From contig JBHGNT010000012.1 of NCBI GenBank assembly GCA_043228905.1, forward strand, positions 1 to 64,000: 64,000 nt of DNA. The letters are read 5' to 3'. Within the stretch, counting starts at the first letter, position 1. The number at the start of each line of letters is the position of its first letter. This DNA is from Azolla caroliniana (Eukaryota; Plantae; Polypodiophyta). Shown here piece after piece: positions 12,224 to 25,244 of this stretch. The notes under the pieces are model-generated. The model was not told the DNA's origin. It made no database searches and worked only from the letters and a program-made list of their open reading frames with translations. The position numbers and the translations under genes were made by a program.

Positions 12224-14348
12224 AAACTCGAGGAGCCCATGTTTTTTCATAGAACGGAATTGGACATGGATTCTTCCATACTCATTGGTTCCTTGTATTA
12301 TCAAATCCTTCTTTATGTGTTAGATGGGATGAATCCAAGAATTTTTGTTCCTTTGGATTGTGTGCAAATGGCTAGACATAAAATGTACATGACTTTTATA
12401 CTAAGGGATCAAGTAGTTACACCAATTTGAACCTTGATAAAGTACGATGAACACTCTACATGTTATCCAAAAATGGGTGTTTATGATTCATGAACCTTGA
12501 GTTAAGGATAAGAAAGTAGTAACATCCAAAACAATGCATCTACCTGAATGAAGAACAAGTCTGAAATATGCTTTTGTTAATCTTTTCAAATCCAATGGAT
12601 TTGACAAGGAACTATAATTAAAACACTAAAATCTATGTAGTGACATGAAAGCTTTGACCAAGAAAGCAAAACATTAAGTAGCGTGTGTGATGGCACAATT
12701 CATAGTGTGTGCTAGTATATGATATGCTTCATGGTTCTTTATTATATGCATGCCTTATACTAGAACAATGGGATTGACTAGTGTTGGCATATATTCTTTT
12801 GTAACATCATATCAAGCACTCATGTAACTCAATTCATCTCATGTTATTTTCAATAATGATGTGCATCAATCCATTCTCTTGTCACGAGGATGGATAGAGT
12901 TTGACACCTTTTTCTTGAATATGATGTTATTATATTTGAGTTTTATTACCTCTCTACTCACTATTTAAGTACACATGCTCACACACAATATCCTTACAAA
13001 ATTGATTTATGAATGGTTAGGTTCGATAAAGACCAACAAAATTTCTATGCCTTCCTTCTTTACTAATGATGTACACTTGAGAGTGTCTTGTCATCGTGTC
13101 TGTCATTGTATCAAACAATAATTGTTTTTAAAAACATTTGTCGGGCAATTGTTGACCAACCTATGGTTAACAATTTCCCAAACTATGGTTATGTTATCCA
13201 TGTAGATGATCTCTCAATTCTAAGGTGGAGAAATTTTATTCTAGGTTCTAGTAGTTGATGATCATTAATACTATAGTCTACATGTAGGTTGTTCAATAGG
13301 ATGTCAACATACATTATTTTCATGCATGGCAACACTACTTTTTTCTCATTTTATAGGGTACTTGTTGAATCCATTAAAGTTGGTCATCGAATGATGATAC
13401 CCAATGTGACTACAAGGGCGTAGACACATTGGGTATTATTTTATAGTGGGCTTTGATGGGGGTGCCTTGAGAACCTCATGATGCGCACCCACATGTTTGA
13501 ACATAATTCTTTATGAATGACCACAACTCATTATGGGATTCCTCGAAGATGTGCCTGGGTACCTCGAAGGGCACCTTCCATAATATACGAGGCAATGTTT
13601 CAAAAATATGAATGATTAAAATATGGCATTTCAAATTATGTTGTCTTTGCAATAAACTCACACATGCTTCTGATTGAGAATATTCCGATGAGTGGTAAAG
13701 AACTTACAAAAATAGTTTAACAAGAGAACTTTATATGCTTGTTGTTTGGGTTTTAACATGAAGATGGTACTACCGCAACTTTTGTGTGATCCATTTTGTT
13801 CACCTAATTGCAAAAGCAAGCTTGATCACCCACCGAACAAAAGCCAACATCTAAAGGAGTACATTGATTCTTGCAATTGATAAAATAGGAACAAGTCTTG
13901 TTCAATGTCGTTCAACCGTTGTCACTAAGTTTCAACCACAAAGTGGTTCCTTTTTTGTGATGGGAGACATTGTACAAGTAAACATTCAAATCCACATTCT
14001 ATTTTCTCGTACCCTATTTAAATGCAGGGATCGTGGAGAATGAATGAGGGTTGATGATGTGGGCTTTCTTTTAATACCAACAAGGACATTGATTATAAGT
14101 TCAGGAGAATGTTTTCCTTCATAAAGGGGGCAAAAATGTGTGGTACCTTTTGCAAGGCACATTAAGTCGAAGGGAGAAAGAGAACGATGAAAGAAAAGAA
14201 AAGAATCTACAACCAATTTTAAAGAGAGAGTAGAAAGAATTGTTTTTAGTAGGAGGTAAAGTGTTCACTTTACAGGCTTTTACCAACGTTCATGTCTCTC
14301 ACTTACTAAGATGTGTCTATGTGTTCGTGTTTGTATGTGCTCAATTCT

Positions 14349-14357
14349 CTATAAAAG
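14349..14357 (+). promoter_or_regulatory. TATA box of the HIPP gene
   Basis: CTATAAAAG about 85 bp upstream of the ATG at 14439. Confidence 0.55.
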
Positions 14358-14438
14358 CTACTCTAGTTAATCAGTAACACCTCATACCCACATTATAACA
14401 TCGTTAAGAACGCTTCATACCCAACAATAATATCCAAA

Positions 14439-15472
14439 ATGGAGGTAAGTAATTTCTCCGAATGCCATCTTATTGTATTTGGTTTATTTCACATGGTTAT
14501 CATTTTCTCTTGTAAAATTATATTTATGATATCACACCTTGGTGTTTAATGAAATCACAGTTAATCGAGCTACTTGTACGTATGGATTGTAGCGGGTGTG
14601 AAAGGAAGGTCCGTAAGCAACTTTCCAAACTCAAAGGTATATATGTATTCAAACCTTAATTAATAATCTATGGCCCATTTAATTAGTGCAAAATTCTGGA
14701 CAGTAATTCGTATTAATGCCATAATTAAGTGCAATTGTACCTTGATGATTCTTCACTTGTCCTTACAAAGCCAACTCCTTCATTGATGACAATGTACTTA
14801 GTTGGACCTCAGTCTCATAATCATGAGCTTCTTTGAGGAAGCGTACTACAAGAAAATCCTATATATTTCACACAATCGAGGCTTATCAATAAATTTTTAA
14901 TGAATACAATGTACTATATTCTTATAGAACATGGGCATGCCGACTTTAGATTGACCCTTCTGCGTGCAAAAATGTGGGATTTAGAAACAAGATTTTTGAG
15001 AAGCTCACATTCTAGAGTTACATGTTTGTGCGTGAGCCCAAGAGATGTCATTAGCTTGAAACATGTCATCTGTTATATATTGTCAGGTGTCCAAGTTGTC
15101 GACATTGACTTGAAGATTAACAAAGTGACAATTATCGGGTATGTTGAACGAAGGAAAGTCTTGAAAGCTGTGAGAAAGACGGGCAAACGAGCGGAGTTTT
15201 GGCAAGAGGCATTTAACTATCATAATAACACCTTGAAGTATGATAGTAATATCCAAAACAATTGTTCAAGCTATGATCATGAGCATAATAACAACATAAG
15301 GTCGTCCTCGTATATCCAACATCATGCATTTAAGCGCACATATAATTATGACAAGCATGGTTATAGCCGTTACCACCATATTGAAGATGAGGGCTATGGA
15401 GCAACTTCTCATGAACAAACCTCAAGTATCTTTAGTGATGAGAATCCAAATGCATATTGCTCAATCATGTGA
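14439..15472 (+). CDS. Heavy-metal-associated isoprenylated plant protein (HIPP); exons 14439-14444, 14561-14636, 15087-15472; 155 aa
   Basis: HMA motif MDCSGC, KVTIIGYVERRKVLKAVRKTGKRAEFW, and C-terminal FSDENPNAYCSIM with a CaaX prenylation box. Splice phases are consistent. Confidence 0.93.
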
Positions 15473-17284
15473 GGCACAAGATGGGCGGCGTAACCACTTT
15501 TAAACATAGGCCGAGGTGTGAATATGAATTGAAGGGTACACAATTTTTTTATATTTAGCACATTCTTTTGTTCTTATAATGTAATACCTTTAATCTATCT
15601 ATAATAAAGCATAAATTTTATTTCGAGGTCACCTTAGCTATGCGAAGCCCTCGTAATGCTTTAATTAAAAATGATCAATATATCTTGCGCGTACCCACAT
15701 ATAGAGAAAATGGGTATATACGTGAAACCCATTCAAGTTTTTTTTATCGTAGATAGAAATGCTTAAATATGTTACAAAAATTTACATTCAAACCCAAGTA
15801 CACGAACTTGTCACGTGGCTAAATTTGGCTATGTATCACTACGTTGATTATTAATGTTATCTCCAATGTTCTTTCTTGTGATTTGTACATTTATATATGT
15901 GTTCACACATCATCTTGATATTTCACTTGTGATGGTCTTCTCTTACTCTTTCGCTGGCTAGCCTTATGACCCAAACCACAATATTCAATCACAACTTAAC
16001 ATTCACAATTCATTGAGGTATCTTGAGAAACAATTTAAGTGGTTTTCAATCAAATAAGATCAATGATATGTAGGCCATTGTCCCCACAACCATTTCATTC
16101 TAAATAAATAAAACAATGAGTGGCAGAGTTACAATACATATATTTTGAAAATTTTATTCCATGTAGAATGTATGATCAATATTCATCTTTAAAAATACCT
16201 CGGTGAATCAAATTCACTTAGTGTAGTCACTTGAGTATTTTTCATATAAAAGAGTATGAATATGCAAGGCATCATAGAAGAATAAAGGATGGATCACTAT
16301 TCACAAATGTACTGGCAATTTTACATGGGAGATCACAAGAGAAAATGGAGAAATCAATGAATAATCGACATCATTAGATGGTCAGAGGAGAACAAAGAAA
16401 GGGACAAATGATTACATGATATCCAAACTAGAGCAAAAATAAGATAAGAATTCCTCGTTTATACTAGAAAGACTACACGACAACATTGCACTCGGTGGAG
16501 GCTAGAAAAATGACATTTAGATTAATTTAAGCCACAAATTTTAGAAAGAAAGAATACTCGTACACATCCTCCTAAATTGTAACATGATGCATAGGTCGTT
16601 TGTTACATTGGTCATATTTATATGGGTAGTCATAGGATATCAATAAAAAAATTATGTTTTTGTTTTTGTTTATATGGATTACTACGCATAAATGGTTTCG
16701 GACGCTAATCGAGTTCCCTAACAATCACCTATTTCAACATTTTGATGGAGGCAAGTCTATTATGTGCATGGAAAATGGGTCTTACGATGAATATGATAAA
16801 CTGTTGGAGCCATTATAAGAAATTGAGATGAGAGGAAATTTATTCTTGGAGCAATTTTGAAAGAGAGAATTGTCTGGAGAAAACAGCTCCTCCAAGTTAC
16901 AAACATGTTCAATTCCTACTGTAACTTCATAGCACTTCATAGAAACTAGGTTGATTAATCGAGGACACATATCTTAACCACAATGAGAGACTATCACATG
17001 CATCTTATCTATTTTATTATGAGAAAAGAGAATATTCCAAGACACCATGAAAAAACTTGAAGCCCAATTGATTATTTATAGTACGTCAAACATTTAATTT
17101 AACATTGGGCATGATTATTACAAGGGGTACGACTAATCAATGCACTTTTATCAAGGATGAAGTTGAATGAGGGCAAATATTTTTATGGATGATGATCTAG
17201 AACAAGGATGAAGTTATGCGATAAAATCAAGGATGATCTTGAATGAGGGTAAGCTTATGCGAATGATATCAAGACCAATGACAC

Positions 17285-17689
17285 TTAGAGGGAGACACAT
17301 ACAGTAACAAGGGGGAGACAAGTGAGTAGTTGAAGGACACTGGAGACAAGGGATTGGGAGTTAACATACACGTCGATGGTGCCAGAGACACTGCCATCGA
17401 CACAAGCAACTATAGAGCCATCATCAAAGGAGAATGGGCCCAGTTGATGCCCTGTGTTCTCATTTTTCAAGTAGCAACTCTTTGCTTGGGTAGCCGGAAG
17501 ATCGACCGATGCACCAACTGCAACCGTTATGCTCACACTCACATCCACCGTTGGGTATATGACCACATTTTTGCCAGAGTTGTTCTTTACAGTGCAACTC
17601 GCATTGACGGCAACGAGGGACAAGTTTTGCACTATCACAACCACAAGTAGTACTACCAAGGTCATGGAGAGAGTTGTACGGTTTGCCAT
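17285..17689 (-). CDS. Orphan small secreted protein, 134 aa, intronless
   Basis: ATG at 17689 (MANRTTLSMTLVVLLVVVIVQNLSLVAVNA, signal-peptide-like). Val/Ser/Thr-rich, beta-type mature region with 5 Cys and a hydrophobic C-terminus. TATATAAAAG about 95 bp upstream on the minus strand. Confidence 0.7.
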   Translation of the reverse strand: MANRTTLSMTLVVLLVVVIVQNLSLVAVNASCTVKNNSGKNVVIYPTVDVSVSITVAVGASVDLPATQAKSCYLKNENTGHQLGPFSFDDGSIVACVDGSVSGTIDVYVNSQSLVSSVLQLLTCLPLVTVCVSL

Positions 17690-20384
17690 ATTGTTAAATA
17701 GGTACTTGAAAGTATCTTTATGATCTAATTTGGGAGAGTTGGAACTCGAGATTTTGCATATCAAGTATAGTTTAGCTATACCCCTTTATATACTATGAGA
17801 ATGTGTCGGTTGTTCTTCCATCGTCTTAATTCTTTGATTCGCGCAAGTGTGAATCCATCCAAGTTCAGCTTCTTTATTTCTCAATGTGACAAACTCCGTC
17901 CATTTCATTTGACTTCAAAGCCACTTGATATTTCTCTTGTGTATTTCATTTAGCTAATTTTTCTTTTAATAAATCCCTTCATGATTGCTTAAAAGGATGT
18001 CCTCAAAAGATTTTTGTATATTTTCACCTATTTGCAAGTGTTTTGTAAAATCCATGACTTTTTAAAGCAAAATTATAACTTTACTCCTAATCAAAATGAT
18101 GCCTTCAAACCTTTTGGAATAGTTTTCACCAAATACAAAAGGTTTTTGCAAACTCATGACATTTGGATCAAAACTATAACATCTCACTAGAGAATAATTA
18201 CTCTTAACTTTTGATTACCAAATTATACAACTTGACTTTCATGCATTTGCGTCTAAGCTGAAATGGAAATGGTTAATATTTGCCAAGTGTCCCCATTCCC
18301 ACATTCATTCTTTTTACGATCAATATTTAATGATATGCCCAAATTTACAAAAACGAAAGATGTTATGCGTTGGGAATATTCACCATAGATAAGAAAGATA
18401 AAAATGTTATGAGCAATTGAACCATTAAATTCTATATGGGATTGTATTTGATCAATGAGTTGTACTTAATGAATAAATGATATTCTTTATCTTTCAACTT
18501 CATGGCCCCTCACCACTTTGTTGTGTTATGTCACCAATCGAACAAGACATTGTCAAACTATAATCACATATATTGAAAGCACAAGGAAGATTTGAAGTGG
18601 ACGAAGGTCATTGTATTCAAAGGGTTTTATCTTTTGAAATGGGCCTCAAACGATTTGATCCACTAATAGTTTATCATCATGCTTTATCTACATTGAAATA
18701 TATAATTTAGTACAACTGTAATGTTGGCAACACAAGTCACTAGCAACTTGATGGTGTATTACACAAAATATAAACATGTTATTTGCCATCAATTTGTGCC
18801 ATAGGATGTATTCCTATCACTCCTATTTGTCTGCATGTACCCAATTGCCTAAATTTCGACAATGTAGGCCAGTTAAGGTAGAAACATGCCCCTCCTTTGT
18901 TAGTTGTTTTTTTCTGGTTTAGCATGAACCTTTGTGCTAAGCTAAGATTTAGCCAAGCATGCCATTGTGTATGTAGAGTTTGAGCACATGATCTAGTCTC
19001 GAAGCAACCAATGTAGAATATGGGTTATCTCTAACTCTTATCTTGCTCTCTCATGTAAAACAAACAATTATATTAGTCATATTTAAAAAACCGTCAAATT
19101 CCACCCAATCGAGGTGATCTACCCACCTTCCTTAATAGGACTTGGTCATATGCCACTCATGTTCAACACATAGGAATGGTACAACCTATTTGTACTAGGT
19201 TCAAAAGACACAAACTTGCCAAGAAAATGCCAATTTAACCATGGTCATTGATCCATCGTCTCTAAGATTTAACTCCCCAACATGAAACACTAGCAATCTT
19301 ATTCAAATAGATTCATAGTTAGGTGAAATTTCTATGCAATGCATTGCTCCATCAATGTTTAATAGCCTCTAAGATTTTGCATCACCTGTATCCCTTCTCT
19401 CCAGCATTACCCAAATAAAACAATTCATCAGTTGATTTATATTGACACCACAAACTAGTCTTCTATTGCCAACGCAACTACTGAGAATACAACGTTCTTA
19501 AATGGGCTTTTGGTTTCGTGAATGAGATTGTTCTATATTAGTGGTGGTCGTGCAAACAAAGAGAGTGCGTGTTGCCATGTCGCCATAAATCGACTTGTAC
19601 ATAAAGAATGTGAAGTTCAGGGAAAGAAGTCAGAGAAATGTATCCTCGTAGGATACTCACTCAAACAGAAGGGGTACAAATGCTACAACCCATCTACCCG
19701 AAAAGCTCGCATAAGTCGAGATGTCGTTTTCGATGAGTACGCATCTTGGTATGCACCAGAAACAACTTCGACTCTGACTCCGCTCGACCCGGAATCCACC
19801 GAATGGAGATAGAAGACGAAGATCGGTTCACGCGCATGTTTGAAGAAAGCCCAATTACGACACCGCTTAGTGGACCAGCCCCAAAGTGACCAAAGCACAT
19901 TTCGACCAAGTTCAAAACTCGACAAAGGGAAGGCCAAGATGTCTGAATACGAAGATCCAATCGACAACGCGTCAACTCACTTACTTGAGAGTGAGTTTGA
20001 AGGCCTGGACATCCCAATCATCCGGACAGATGGAGCGAAAAAAGCCTTAGTATCCGTAAACGAGAAGCTCCGCCGATCGACCCGTGAAAAGAACCCCGTA
20101 AGCCGCGTCGGCTACAACGATTATATGGCGTACCATTACGCCTTCATGATGAAGGTAGTGTCAATACAGGAGCCGGAGACGCTTTCCGAAGCCGTAAAGG
20201 ATCCGCGATGGATCGATGCGATGCATGAGGAAATGGAAGCGTTATGCAAAAACGAGACATGGGATCTCGTCACTCACACTCCGCACAAGAAAGCGATTGG
20301 TTATCAATGGATTTACAAAGTGAAACACAATGCTGACGGCTCCGTAAATCGCTTCAAAGCACAGCTCGTTGCAAAAGGATACGC

Positions 20385-21491
20385 TGTCGTGGCGTGGCTC
20401 GCCTAGAAGCGTAGCGTTGCGTAGACAAAAGATATCGTGAAAGTGAGGAAGGAATCACTGGGATTATGGACGGAAGAGACGAAAGAGTAGAGATAGATAA
20501 ATAGTGATCAACAAGATATGACAAGATAGGATATAGAATGATATTTGAAGCAATAAAAGAGATTTATAATTATTTGATGAAAGAGTTACAAAAGTAGTTG
20601 TTCACGTCGTTGAACCTCCGAACTTTGTCTTGCAAGGTAATCGCTCTTCTCTTTCTTGATCGTAGACCACTACAATCTTCACTTCAATATTTTAATGAAG
20701 ATAAGGCTCGAACCGCCTCCCTCTTGTTGAGAGTTGACCACCACGACCGCCAAGCTAGAGCTCCACCTTTATCTTGAACTTCTTCCTTTCTTTCTCTATT
20801 TTATGGTATCTCTTATGTAATACATAATTTGATTGATATCTCATACATATCTCCCTTTGATCTTCTCTTTCACCATTTAAATAGATGCCCCCATGCATAT
20901 GATGCATTGGAGGGTACAAATCATGCATGTAGTGCATGAAATGCATGTGATGCATGATCGCCATTTGGCGTTCATGCATTACATGTGATGCATGATAAAC
21001 ATCTCGCTCATTTGAGCTTTTATGTATGAAACAATATATGCAATAACAATAAACATGAAAACATAATCTTAAAGAGAAAGGGCCTAGCCTAATGGTAGGT
21101 GTGTTGACTTTAGTGTATGAGGTTGTGGGTTTGAGTCTCAAAATACTATTGAATACAACATGCAACTTTATTTTTATATCATGAAGCAAATCCTTTATGT
21201 AATATAAAGTATATATAAAGTATGCTTTATTTTATGAATATTATTAGTGTAGAGTAAATGGTAAGATTTGAGAGTCATAGGGTGGGGTTATTGGTTCAAG
21301 TCCTCTCTTGTTCGTGTAATATAATATATTTATCTATATATATATATATATTATTTTTCTTTACATATATATAATATTATCATATGTGTTGTTAATATTA
21401 TCTTTATATATAAAACATTATCAAATGTTATTTTAGTTACGTATTTATCTTATTGTAGACTTTTAATGTGAAGCTTTCGTACTTCACGACA
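20385..21491. mobile_element. Solo-LTR-like insertion (1107 bp) nested in the copia RT
   Basis: Ends are TGTCGTG...CACGACA (TG..CA, 7-bp inverted repeat), flanked by ACGC direct repeats (20381-84, 21492-95). Removing it restores the frame KGYAQTHDVDYEETF. Confidence 0.88.
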
Positions 21492-22004
21492 ACGCGCAAA
21501 CGCACGACGTAGACTACGAAGAGACCTTTGCCCAGGTGGCAAAGATGACAATTGTGCGAACCGTAATTGCTCTTGCAGCATCAAAAGGGTTGGGACCTCC
21601 ACCAGATGGACGTGAAAAACGCCTTCCTCCAAGGAGAATTAGAGGAGGAAGTATATATGAATCAACTGCTCGGATTTGAATCGGTAGTCATCCGCACGTC
21701 GTATGCCACCTCAAGAAGCCACTATACGGCCTCAAACAAGCACCTCGTGCGAGGCACTCGAAGATTACGCAATATCTTCATTAGATCGGATTTTGAATGT
21801 CAAAATTCGATACTTCCCTGTACATCCGAAACGAGTCGAATAGCCCAATTGTCATCATCCTTTACGTGGATGATTTGGTCATCGGAGAAAAGGATCTCGC
21901 CGAGATTAACAAAGTCAAATCACTTCTCTCCGGCAGATTTGAAATGAAAGACCTGTAGGAGCTCCATTACTTCCTAGGCATTGAAGTAATTTGGACACCA
22001 ATCA

Positions 22005-23135
22005 GAATAATGATCTCTCAATGGCACTACATTCTCAATTTGCTCTACAAGTTCAGAATGACCGAATGCAAACCTGTGTCCACCCCTCTCGATCGTAATA
22101 TCAAGATGGATGCTGATTCCAGCACAGCCGTGTGTGAGTCAACTCATTATCGTCAACTAATCGGCAGCTTAATCTATCTCACCATTACTCGACCCGATCT
22201 CAGTTATTCAGTCGGCCTACTTAGCCAATTCATGCCGAATCTACGAAACCTTCATCTCAATTGAGCTAAGAGGATACTCTGGTATGTCATTACTACTATG
22301 GATTGCAACATTATGTATAAGTCAAATACGACCATTCGACTCGCAGGATACATAGACGTGGACTGAGCAGGCTACAAAGCGGAATAATTATCTCTCAATG
22401 GCACTATGTTCTCAACTTGCTCTACAAGTTCGGAATGACCGAATGCAAACCTGTGTCCACCCCTGTCGATCGTAATCTCAAGATGGATGCCGATTCTGGG
22501 ACAGCCGTGTGTGAGTCAACTTAGTATCGTCAACTAATCGGCAACTTAATCTATCTCACCATTACGTGACCTAATCTCAGTTATTCGGTCAGCCTACTTA
22601 GCCAATTCATGCAGAATCCGCAAAACCTTCATCTCGATTGCGCTAAGAGGATACTCCGGTATGTCATTACTACGATGGATTTGGCATTATGTATAAGTCA
22701 AATACGACCATTCGACTCACAGGATACAAAAATGCGGACTGAGCAGGCTACAAAGCGGAATAATGATCTCTCAATGGCACTATGTTCTCAACTTGCTCTA
22801 CACATTCGGAATGACCGAATGCAAACCTGTGTCCACCCCTCTCAATCGTAATCTCAAGATGGATGTCGATTCCGGCACAACCATGTGCGAGTCAACTCAG
22901 TATCGTCAACTAATCAGCAGCTTAATCTATCTCACCATTACGCGACCCGATCTCAATTATTCGGTCAGCCTACTTAGCCAATTCATGCAGAATCCGCGAA
23001 ACCTTCATCTCGATTGCGCTAAGAGGATACTCTAGTATGTCAATACTACGATGGATTGCGGCATTATGTATAAGTCAAATACAACCATTCGACTCGCAGG
23101 ATACACAGACGTGGACTGAGCAGGCTACAAAGTGG
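22005..23135 (+). repeat. Internal triplication (about 377 bp x3) of the copia RT C-terminal segment
   Basis: GAATAAT(G/T)ATCTCTCAATGGCACTA occurs at 22005, 22382 and 22758. The ORFs MISQWHY... are repeated. Confidence 0.93.
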
Positions 23136-23912
23136 ATAGACGATCCACATCCGGATTCTCCCTCGACAGTAGAGCGATCTCTTGGAGCAGTAAGAAGCAG
23201 CCGACAGTCGCACTGTCCAGCACGGAAGCCGAATACAGGGGCGCGGCAGTTGCGAAGCCGTATGGCTCAAGCGCATACTAAAGGATCTGGGCGTTCCCAT
23301 TACAGATCCAATTCGCCTCTTCTGCGACAACATGAGCAACATCTACCTCTCTCGAAACCCCGTCTTCCACATGGGGACTAAACACATCGAAGTGCACCAC
23401 CACTTCATCCGCGAGCGCGTACAGGCCGGAGAAATCGATCTATAACATATCAATAAGCCTTAGGAGTCGACAAGCTCAGGCATTTCGCATCGGACCTTGG
23501 TCTCACGACATCCACATTGCCGAGCTTGAGGGGGGTAACACGGGGGACGTGCGCACTGTACGCAATTGATCGAGTACGCAACACGCAATTAATCGAACCG
23601 AGCACGAAGCTGAAAAGCCGAACAATCCAGTTCGAGGATTACGAACGCTGGAAGCCGGATTCCGAAGACCAAACTGAAACAACTTTTTCGACAGATGGAA
23701 GTTGTGTTCGACGGGGTGTGTTGAGAGTCGAACTCAACTTCCCATAGTAATAGGTGTCACACTAGCTCATGGACATACCAGGCTAGTTTTGTAAATAGTA
23801 GAAAGGGCACTTACCCTAGCTTAGTTGGTATTTAAATCAATCCCTTGTAACTTAGTTACTGTTGGAAGTATTTTTATTAATGTAACATACAGTCTTTTAT
23901 CTCTGTCTTAAG

Positions 23913-23956
<44 letters not shown>

Positions 23957-24182
23957 TTTGCCTTATGTGCACACACACACAGTCCTTTTTTTGCATGTCA
24001 ACCACTCTTGCTCCTCATTTTCTTTACACAACAATATCCTCAAAACGAATCAATCCTATCTCAAGGGCCTTCTATAAGAAAATCTCCAGCATTATGATGG
24101 ATGCCAACCCAAATATTCAAATTGTAGTTCAAATGTAACCCGATTTTACTCTCTCTTTAGAGCTAATCTCAAATGTAAACCA

Positions 24183-24519
24183 ACAATAAATAGTCTCCAA
24201 ATGAAGATCTTTACTAGAACTAGCAATTTAGAATTTCAACAATATTTCAAGATTTGCAACCATCCACAATAAATAGTCTCCAAATGAAGATCTTTACTAG
24301 AACTAGCAATTTAGAATTTCAACAATATTTCAAGATTTGCAACCATCCACAAGAAATAGTCTCCAAATGAAGATCTTTACTAGAACTAGCAATTTAGAAT
24401 TTTGACAATATTTCAAGATTTGCAACCATCCACAATAAATAGTCTCCAAATGAAGATCTTTACTAGAACTAGCAATTTAGAATTTCAACAATATTTCAAG
24501 ATTTGCAACCATCCACAAT
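24183..24519. repeat. Tandem repeat, 83 bp x4
   Basis: CAA(T/G)AAATAGTCTCCAAATGAAGATC... at 24184, 24267, 24350 and 24433. Confidence 0.95.
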
Positions 24520-24833
24520 TAGGTTATGTGCCTTCCATTCTTTTTCAAGCTTAGATAATTTCCATTGAAAAGACTTGATGGACATTGGTAGCCATTTATA
24601 AGAACCAAACAACCCATGGTTACTCTTTGATTTGTATAGGTAAAGGACCATGCATCAATGTTATACTCCCCAGTTAACTACTACCAAAAAAACCCAGTGT
24701 GATAATCGTTGCGCTTCAACAAAGTACAAAAATCTTTGACATCGAGCCTTCATTCTATCCTCCACCCCTTTGACACCCAAACGAAAAAAGCAATTAAATT
24801 GAGAATGCAATCTCTCCTTTACATGTCAATTAA

Positions 24834-25244
24834 CAATTGGCAACGGTCAGTTCGGTTTGAAAGTGTCAAAACCGAACCGTTTAAAATATTTGAAACTTGA
24901 ACTGGACCATAAAAACCGTAGTTTCGTGGTTCAGTTTCAATTTTCAACTTAGGTCAAAATTCAAATTCAAATTTAAATCTTTTTTAATTTTTTTCATTAT
25001 TTTAAAATTTAAAATTTCAAAACTTTAATGATTTTCCTAAAATGTGGGAATTAAGCTTAAAGAAGAAAAAATTGTTTTAAAAAAAATTTGTTTTTTAAAA
25101 TTTTAACAAACTTCAAAAAATTAAAAAAACATTAAACCATTTAAACCAAACCATTTACCCCCTGAACTGTTAAAAAAACTTGAGCTGAACTGTTTAAACC
25201 ATTAATCCACGGTTTCACCATTTGGTTCGATTCGTTGCCAACTG
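24834..25244. mobile_element. MITE-like element, 411 bp
   Basis: Terminal inverted repeats CAATTGGCAACG / CGTTGCCAACTG (11/12 match), AT-rich core, subterminal AACCG/CGGTT motifs, TTAA on both flanks. Confidence 0.7.

Larger units (their letters stand above)
19600..24033 (+). mobile_element. 5'-truncated, decayed Ty1/copia LTR retrotransposon (integrase tail, RT, RNase H, 3' LTR about 23719-24033)
   Basis: KCILVGYS..KGYKCYNP..ISRDVVFDE; KARLVAKGY-like; [12 protein letters not shown]; LYVDD; YLTITRPDL; SKKQPTVALSSTEAEY; TKHIEVHHHFIRE. The LTR-like end runs TGTTG...CAACA with a TATA-like site and (CT)n. Confidence 0.93.

Noticed and set aside
14900-15086. N-terminal 62 aa of the 190-aa ORF as part of HIPP
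   Set aside because: This is intron 2 sequence; the spliced model supplies the CxxC motif.
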